From NCBI GenBank assembly GCA_965219955.1, contig OZ244799.1, positions 800,001 to 864,000 of the forward strand: DNA of 64,000 bases, written 5' to 3'. The notes beneath the pieces are model-generated. The model had not been told where the DNA came from. It did not search any database and worked only from the letters and a program-made list of their open reading frames with translations. Of this stretch, positions 58,194 through 64,000 are shown in pieces. Position 1 is the first letter of the stretch. Every line of letters begins with the position of its first letter. Origin of the DNA: a bacterium (GTDB taxonomy: Bacteria > UBA8248). A program made the position numbers and the translations under genes.

Positions 58194-59267
58194 TCATCCC
58201 CTCACGCGGGCGCACACTGCCTCGGTGATGGCCTTGGAGCCGTCGACGGCGCGCCCTTTGTTGTCCAGGCGAATCTCCCCGGCTTCGAGTGCTCCCCAGA
58301 CGCTGGTTTCTATCTGATTCGCGGCCTCGCTCTCCCCGATGTGGGCGAGCATGAGAGCAGCGGAGAGGATGAGGCTCAAGGGGTTGGCGATTCCCTGCCC
58401 GGCGATGTCGGGGGCCGAGCCGTGAACCGCCTCGAAAAAGGCGAATTTCTCCCCGATGTTCCCCGAAGGACACATGCCGAGGCCTCCCGCCGTGGCGCCG
58501 CCCAAATCGCTCAGCAAATCGCCCAGCATGTTCTCCATCACCAGCACGTCGTAATGTTCGGGGCGGATCACCAGGTTGTAGGCGCAAGCGTCCGAATACA
58601 GGGTTTCCGCCTCGATATCGGGGTAATCGGCGGCGACTTCCAAGACAATTTCCCGGAAAAACGCCAGCGAGCGAAGGACGTTGCCCTTGTCCACGCAGGT
58701 GACGCGCCGCACGCCGTCTTCGGGCGCGCCGTTTCTCTTGCGCGCGAGTTCAAAGGCGAAACGGGCGACGCGCTCCGCCCCTTTTCGGGTGATGATCAGG
58801 GTGTCGGCCACGGCTTCGGAGCCGCCGACCCCCTTGTCGCGCGAGGCGTAGAGTCCCTCGGTGTTCTCGCGGATGACGACGTAGTCGATGTCGCCGGGCT
58901 TATAGTCCGCAAGCGGACTCCGGATGCCCGGGTAGAGCTTGACGGGCCGCATGTTGGCGAAGACGTCGAGCCCCGTTCTGAGCACGCCGCCGAGAAGCCC
59001 GCCCTCGGTGCCCTCCGGCGTTCGGACAGCCGGGTCCCCCACGGGCGATTTGAGGATGCCGTCCGCCTCGCGGCAGGCCTGCATGGTTTCATCGCTGATG
59101 CGCTTTCCGTACTTGGCGTAGCGGCCCGCCCCCGCCTCGTGCTCCTCGAGGTTGAGTTTCAACGTCTCGTTCACCTCCTGTACGGCTTCGAGCACGGCGA
59201 TGGTGGATTCCATGAGTTCGGGGCCGATTCCGTCCCCCGGGATGGTGATGATTCGATATGCCATCAT
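58194..59267 (-). CDS. Isocitrate/isopropylmalate/tartrate dehydrogenase family protein
   Basis: PGDGIGPE, ANMRP, RENTEGLY, DK.NV, GDLLSD and EAVHGSAPDIAG motifs. Confidence 0.92.
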   Translation of the reverse strand: MMAYRIITIPGDGIGPELMESTIAVLEAVQEVNETLKLNLEEHEAGAGRYAKYGKRISDETMQACREADGILKSPVGDPAVRTPEGTEGGLLGGVLRTGLDVFANMRPVKLYPGIRSPLADYKPGDIDYVVIRENTEGLYASRDKGVGGSEAVADTLIITRKGAERVARFAFELARKRNGAPEDGVRRVTCVDKGNVLRSLAFFREIVLEVAADYPDIEAETLYSDACAYNLVIRPEHYDVLVMENMLGDLLSDLGGATAGGLGMCPSGNIGEKFAFFEAVHGSAPDIAGQGIANPLSLILSAALMLAHIGESEAANQIETSVWGALEAGEIRLDNKGRAVDGSKAITEAVCARVRG

Positions 59268-59383
59268 GCTCTCTCCTGTGGTGGTGTATTTTAGGCGGCT
59301 CGCCTCTTCATTCGAGCAGGTGAGCGGGTATAATCACCTCTCAAGGGGAGCGCGTTTACATCAATATGGGAGTGTAGCGAAAA

Positions 59384-60151
59384 TTGTTTCGGTTGGAGAA
59401 CCCTCAGAGCGAATCTTTCCAGAAATTCCTGCGCGAACAGGGGCTGCTGCGGTTGCGCTTCACCGAAGCCACAGCCGAGGGGGGAGAGTCCCTCGCCATT
59501 TGGGTGGACGACCTCACTGCGCCCAAGGTGGCGGTGAGCACAGGGCGCGGCTGGCTCGCGCCGCTCGGACGTCCCGAGGCGATACTCGCAAAACTGGGAG
59601 ACATGGAGCGCCTCTCCGCGCAGATGGAAGAGAGCGACGGGTATCTCAAGTTCTCCTCCATTCCATTCGAGGTTCAAAAGGCGCTCGAGAGGCGAAGAAA
59701 ACTCATCCGGGGCTCTCCCGTGGGCATGTTCATTTTGGAGAAAAAAGATTTCAGGCCCGTCTTCAGCACCCACCAGATTGAGAGCCTGAAAACCGAAGAT
59801 GCGAAGACGCTGGCCGAGAATTCACCCTACGACCAGGGGGAGGAATACGCCCTGGCGAGAATCCGAAACACTCCCACCGCGGCGATACGCATCGAGGGCG
59901 AACTCGCCTCCTACATTGTCGTTCATGCGAACGGCTCAATCGGCATGCTGCACACGATGGATCGATTCCGGGGACAGGGGCTTGCGCGCGTGGTGGTGTC
60001 GGCCCTGGTCGAGGCGCAATTCGACAGGGGACGCGAGGTGTATTGCTATATCGTGGAAGGAAACGAGGCGTCCGAGCGCGTGTTCGAAAGCGTGGGCTTC
60101 AAGAGGGTGATGGACGTCTACTGGAGTGCTTTCGAAAGGCGCGAGGCCTGA
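59384..60151 (+). CDS. GNAT family N-acetyltransferase (FR47-like C-terminus)
   Basis: IGMLHT..RFRGQGLA and N.AS..VFE.VGF motifs. Confidence 0.82.
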   Translation: MFRLENPQSESFQKFLREQGLLRLRFTEATAEGGESLAIWVDDLTAPKVAVSTGRGWLAPLGRPEAILAKLGDMERLSAQMEESDGYLKFSSIPFEVQKALERRRKLIRGSPVGMFILEKKDFRPVFSTHQIESLKTEDAKTLAENSPYDQGEEYALARIRNTPTAAIRIEGELASYIVVHANGSIGMLHTMDRFRGQGLARVVVSALVEAQFDRGREVYCYIVEGNEASERVFESVGFKRVMDVYWSAFERREA

Positions 60152-60267
60152 GCCTGACTCACCAGGCGCTCGCGGCGCGAGGTGGTTCTCCTCCACAGAA
60201 TCGACAAAATTATGAAAATGGATTAGCTTTCCTTCTCGTCATTCATCTTTTCACAGGAGGTTGATAG

Positions 60268-60906
60268 ATGCAGAAAGAAGACTATATCGACAGGCCGCCT
60301 GGCCCTCTCGGGGGTTTGTGGAGCATGTGGTACCTGGACCCGTTTCTGATGATCAAGCGCGAGTTGAGCGGGTTCAGAAAGGTCCGCCACAAGGCGTTCG
60401 AGGATCAGCTGAAACCCGGCCAGCCCGCGCCTCCGGTGAAACTCCAGAGCACGTCTGGAGAAACCGTGGACCTGGCCGATTTTCGCGGGAAGAAGAACGT
60501 GGTCCTGGAGTTCGGCGCCATTACGTGACCGCCCTTCCGCCGGCAGGTGCCGGGCATGGACGAACTGCATGAGCGCTACAAGGACAAGGACGTCGAGTTC
60601 TTCGTCGTCTATTCCAAGGAACCTCACGCGCAGGAGCGCAAGTATTTCAAAAAATACACCCAGCACACCTCCTTCGAGCACAAGATGGGCTACGCAAAGG
60701 AATTGGTGGCCGAATTCGGCATGAAAATCCCCGTTCTGGTGGACGACGTCGACGAGGCGGTGGTGAACGCCTACGGGCGCATGCCGAACATGGTCTTCGT
60801 CATCGACAAGGAGGGGAACATCGCCTACAAGGCGAGCTGGACGGAGCAGCCCCGGGTCGACCGGGTGATCGATGAACTACTCGCCGAGCAGGCCGTTTCG
60901 GCTTAA
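60268..60906 (+). CDS. Deiodinase-like thioredoxin-fold selenoprotein (TGA 60526-60528 = Sec87), 212 aa
   Basis: ORFs 60268-60528 and 60547-60906 share one frame. The joined sequence GQPAP...VVLEFGAIT-U-PPF...FFVVYSKEPH...PVLVDD...YG..PN matches the iodothyronine-deiodinase signature (FGSxTUPPF...VYxxEAH). Confidence 0.92.
60540..60553 (+). promoter_or_regulatory. Candidate bacterial SECIS element for the deiodinase-like gene
   Basis: CCGGC-AGGU-GCCGG hairpin at +12..+25 after the UGA, with GG in the apical loop. Confidence 0.7.
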
Positions 60907-60918
60907 GCGAAGCGGAAG

Positions 60919-60952
60919 AAAAAAGGCGGCTCCTCGGGGCCGTCTTTTTTTT
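60919..60952. terminator. Bidirectional intrinsic terminator
   Basis: AAAAAAGGCGGCTC / GGGCCGTCTTTTTT stem with A- and T-runs, between convergent genes. Confidence 0.8.
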
Positions 60953-60963
60953 ATGGGCGCGAA

Positions 60964-62166
60964 TCAGCGGACTCTCGGCAGGAAGAGCGCGAACGCGCAG
61001 GCGGCGATGAAAAAGCCGGGCAGCGCCCAGAAGGCGTTGGCCAGGCCGTACCACTCGCCGAGAACGGACATCGGGTAGACCGAAAGGCTCGCGATGAACC
61101 ACGAGAGGCCGAGCGTGATGGAACTGGCCAGCCCCCGGTTGTGGGGCATGAGTTGCTGGGCGAAGGCCATCGTCACCCCCATCGGGAGGTAGGTGGCGAC
61201 CCCCAGCAAGGCCAGGAGCACGAAGCCCCACTCGGGCGGCGCAATCAAAAACGCGCAGACGCACAGAGCGCCCAGGCCGATGCCGCCGACGATAAGCTCT
61301 TTTTTTCCGAATCGGTCTCCCAAAAAGCCGCCCGCCAGAACACCCACCGCACCCGAGGTGAGCATGATGGCGCTGGCCGCCCCGCCGCTCCAGATGCTCA
61401 TGCCGTGTTCGGCGTAGAGCGAGGGTATGAGGCTGATGAAGTTGATGTTCACGACGGCCCGGCAAATCGTGACGCCCGAGAGCAGAAGCAGCGGCGTGCC
61501 CGCTGTACGCAGCGCTGTTACGAAATCCCAGATAGAGGCTTTCTTGTCGCCGATCGTGGGGGGCGATTGAGGTTTCGGCAGCCCGTATCTCACCGCCAGG
61601 GCCATCGCGACCGCGACCAGGGTGAACGAGCTGAGCCATTTCATGTCCCCGAGCGAGACGATGCCGATGGCGATGACGGGCCCAAGGCCGTGGCCCACGC
61701 GCCCTCCGGCGATGAAGACGCTCACCACCAGCCCCTTCCGGTTTTCCGAGAGCGCGCCCGCGCGCGACGCCATGTCCGGATGGCACAGGCCGACCATCGA
61801 ACCGCCGACGGCGGCCATGACGGTGAGGGCCGTGAAGTTGGGCGCCCAGCCGATGGAGGTGATGAAGAGCGCGCTGCCCACCATCCCCACGGCGAGCCAG
61901 GGGAGAGTGGGCCAGCGGTCCACGAGAATCGCCGTCACGGGTTGTGAGAGCGCAGCACTCATCGATACGAACGTGAGGAGCAGGCCGCCTGTTGAGAGGG
62001 AGACCTGGAACTGCTCCCGAATCAGGGGCAGGAGCGGGGCGATGAAATTCACCGTGCCGTCCACCACGAAGTGAGCGGTGAACAGGATGGCGAGCGCCCC
62101 CCAGGGGATATCCTGCGCCGGGTCTTGCGCAGCCATTCCCGTTTTGATTTCTTCCGCCCGGCTCAT
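60964..62166 (-). CDS. MFS transporter (Fsr-like)
   Basis: AHFVVD, PLLPLI, SQP, HP and GG.LGDRFG motifs; start MSRAEEIK overlaps the upstream stop. Confidence 0.88.
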   Translation of the reverse strand: MSRAEEIKTGMAAQDPAQDIPWGALAILFTAHFVVDGTVNFIAPLLPLIREQFQVSLSTGGLLLTFVSMSAALSQPVTAILVDRWPTLPWLAVGMVGSALFITSIGWAPNFTALTVMAAVGGSMVGLCHPDMASRAGALSENRKGLVVSVFIAGGRVGHGLGPVIAIGIVSLGDMKWLSSFTLVAVAMALAVRYGLPKPQSPPTIGDKKASIWDFVTALRTAGTPLLLLSGVTICRAVVNINFISLIPSLYAEHGMSIWSGGAASAIMLTSGAVGVLAGGFLGDRFGKKELIVGGIGLGALCVCAFLIAPPEWGFVLLALLGVATYLPMGVTMAFAQQLMPHNRGLASSITLGLSWFIASLSVYPMSVLGEWYGLANAFWALPGFFIAACAFALFLPRVR

Positions 62167-63359
62167 GGCTTGCCCCCTTGCATCTGGGGTTGAAGGGCGC
62201 TTTCTCTGTGCAGGAAGATGGCGATGAACCCGCCGATAACGAACATCGAGGCGTAGAAGGTGAACGCCATTTGAAGCCCCATCGCTTCGGCCACGAGGCC
62301 GCCGACGAGCGGTGAGAGCGCGCTGGCCGCCTCGTTGAAGCCATAGATCATCCCCACCGAACTCGAGCGCACCCGCTCGTCCACGAGTTCCGTGCCGACG
62401 GCCAGCACCAGGGTGGGCACCGGCGTGAGGATGCAGGCGACGGCGAAAAGCGCGAGAAGCAGCGTCGTGAGGCTCGCGACCCAGGTGAGCGATGCCATCG
62501 CGGCGGCGCACATGAAGGTGAGCACGACGATGAGCCTGGTCCTGCCCGCGTAGTCCGACCACCTGCCGATGATGATGGACGTGGTCGAACCGATGAGAAA
62601 ATAGATGCTGAGCAGCCAGCCCACCCCCTTGGTGTCGAAACCGAACTGTTCCGCCAGCAGGAGCGGCAAAAAGGCCATGAACCCGCGAAAGCCCATGATC
62701 CGGAACGAGGAAAGGGTGATGAGGAGCATCAATGATTTATTACGGAACAAGGCGCCGAAAGTGGACCTCGCCGCCTGGCGGAAGGGGAGGCGCTCTCCGA
62801 GTTGATCCTGAAACCGGAACCAGATGAGCGCCGCCCAGATGACGCCTGGTATGACGTAGAACTGCGCGGCCATGCGCCAACTCGCCAGATAGACGGCGAG
62901 CCAGCCTACGATGGCGGGCGAGATGATGTTCCCCATTTCGCCCCCGCCGTTGAACAGGCCCGTGCAGAAACCGCGTCTGTCGGGCAGTTCGCGCGTGATG
63001 AGCGCAACGGCCGGCGGGTGGTAGGCCGCGCTCCCGATGCCGCCGATGAAGACGAACAGCAGCAGCAGGGAGTAGTTCGCCGCGTAGCCGTAGAGCAGAA
63101 CGGGCAGCGCCTGTGTGAGCAAAGAGAGCGCCAGTACGGTCCGCCATCTACGGGTGTAGTCCGATATGAAGGAAAGGGGGAACTGAAAGACGCTGTTCGC
63201 CACCGAGTAGGTCGTCACGATGAGGCCCGCCTGCACGTAGTTGAGTTCGAATTCCGCGACGATGAGCGGGAGTACGGGGATGAGAAGCTGCGTGTAGAAG
63301 GCGTTGACGGCGTGGCTGCCCGCAATCGCGAAAAGGTTGAATATCTTCGATGGGGACAT
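62163..63359 (-). CDS. MFS transporter (Fsr-like)
   Basis: SHAVN, PVLPLI, GSAAYHP and GRWSD..GR motifs. The start could alternatively be 63374. Confidence 0.88.
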   Translation of the reverse strand: MSPSKIFNLFAIAGSHAVNAFYTQLLIPVLPLIVAEFELNYVQAGLIVTTYSVANSVFQFPLSFISDYTRRWRTVLALSLLTQALPVLLYGYAANYSLLLLFVFIGGIGSAAYHPPAVALITRELPDRRGFCTGLFNGGGEMGNIISPAIVGWLAVYLASWRMAAQFYVIPGVIWAALIWFRFQDQLGERLPFRQAARSTFGALFRNKSLMLLITLSSFRIMGFRGFMAFLPLLLAEQFGFDTKGVGWLLSIYFLIGSTTSIIIGRWSDYAGRTRLIVVLTFMCAAAMASLTWVASLTTLLLALFAVACILTPVPTLVLAVGTELVDERVRSSSVGMIYGFNEAASALSPLVGGLVAEAMGLQMAFTFYASMFVIGGFIAIFLHRESALQPQMQGGKP

Positions 63360-63529
63360 GGGTGGTCCATTCATGATGGGAACGCAAAAAATGCTTTCAT
63401 TAGGCTTATAGGTTCTGGAGAAAACGCGCGTCAATGGCGAAGGGCCTATACTGGAGGAAACCGGCGGGTCGCATCTATGCGTTCGGTGCGGGAAGACTGT
63501 GGGCGGTGCTGTTTGCAGGGGACGCATAC

Positions 63530-63801
63530 GGGGCTGTTGAAAAATCCCCTTTGCCCCGAGCAGCAGCTCCGTTCGCCTCACCCTGAGTAGCGGCCCCTCG
63601 ACTTCGCTCGGGGCAAGCTCCGCCGTTCCCCGACACCCCTCACCCTGAGTAGCGGCGGAGCCGCGTATCGAAGGGCGAAGTTCGCGCCTGCTGGAGAGAT
63701 ACACCCCCATCCTTCGATACGGCGCTTACGCGCCTACTCAGGATGAGGGTGTCAGGGCTTCTGCGAAGCCCGCTGCCGCAACCGGGTTCTTCAACAACCC
63801 C
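63530..63801. mobile_element. MITE-like/REP mosaic element with ends related to the 1050-1494 element
   Basis: Ends GGGGCTGTTGAAAAATCC (63530-63547) and GGGTTCTTCAACAACCCC (63784-63801). Internal direct repeat CCTCACCCTGAGTAGCGGC (63576-63594, 63638-63656), an inverted copy near 63734-63753, and the pair CGTATCGAAGG / CCTTCGATACG. Confidence 0.6.
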
Positions 63802-63907
63802 ACAATGCGTCCTCTACACCGGACATCCCGTCCTTTTTTATGTTAAGAACAAATTGAATTTCATCGATTTCGACAAAAAAGGAATGCGAGGATAAAGGAA
63901 GGCGAGT

Positions 63908-64000
63908 ATGAGCCAGCCCCCCGGTTTTGATGAGAAGGCGGCCCGGCGCGTCGAGGCCGTCTACACGACGGCGGACGTGGCCGCGCAGCGCGACGCTCTC
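63908..64000 (+). CDS. 5' fragment of a probable SAM-dependent methyltransferase (runs off the window)
   Basis: ATG after AAAGGAAGG; MSQPPGFDEKAARRVEAVYTTADVAAQRDAL resembles N-termini of UbiE-like methyltransferases. Only 31 codons are visible. Confidence 0.45.
   Translation, partial: MSQPPGFDEKAARRVEAVYTTADVAAQRDAL

Noticed and set aside
63360-63710. N-terminal extension of the last MFS ORF
   Set aside because: It runs through the repeat element and has no MFS character; the real start is near 63359-63374.
1-64000. Alternative genetic code (UGA = Trp or Gly)
   Set aside because: Many genes end at TGA at the family-expected length (SDRs, PrpB, PrpD, GT2), and Trp is encoded by TGG throughout.

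Overview
A gene-dense, GC-rich bacterial chromosomal segment with about 55 CDSs. It has no rRNA, tRNA, CRISPR array, transposase or phage genes. Housekeeping genes (leuS, hflX, mgtE, queE, rlpA, mqnD, M16/M20/M42 peptidases) are interleaved with many catabolic genes for organic acids and acyl-CoAs: an SDR pair, an AOR-family oxidoreductase, a divergent B12 acyl-CoA mutase with a crotonase, a split UxaA dehydratase, glcDEF, a PrpB-like lyase with two MmgE/PrpD genes, cupins and MFS pairs. The main discovery is two genes that the ORF track splits at an in-frame TGA, each followed immediately by a SECIS-like hairpin. (1) A deiodinase-like thioredoxin-fold protein (60268-60906, motif FGAIT-U-PPF), from an already known selenoprotein class. 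(2) The alpha subunit of a GctAB/IpdAB-type CoA-transferase-fold enzyme (21080-21907, motif EHA-U-ATVLAGLRAAA). Its putative selenocysteine appears to sit at the position of the IpdA catalytic glutamate, while the partner beta subunit appears to lack the canonical catalytic Glu in register. This suggests a selenium-dependent CoA-transferase-fold enzyme of unknown chemistry. Also notable are an acyl-CoA mutase with a heavily remodelled active site, a probable ATC start for hflX, and two MITE/REP-mosaic elements sharing GGGCTGTTGAAAAA ends. All family assignments come from motif recognition by eye; no searches were run.
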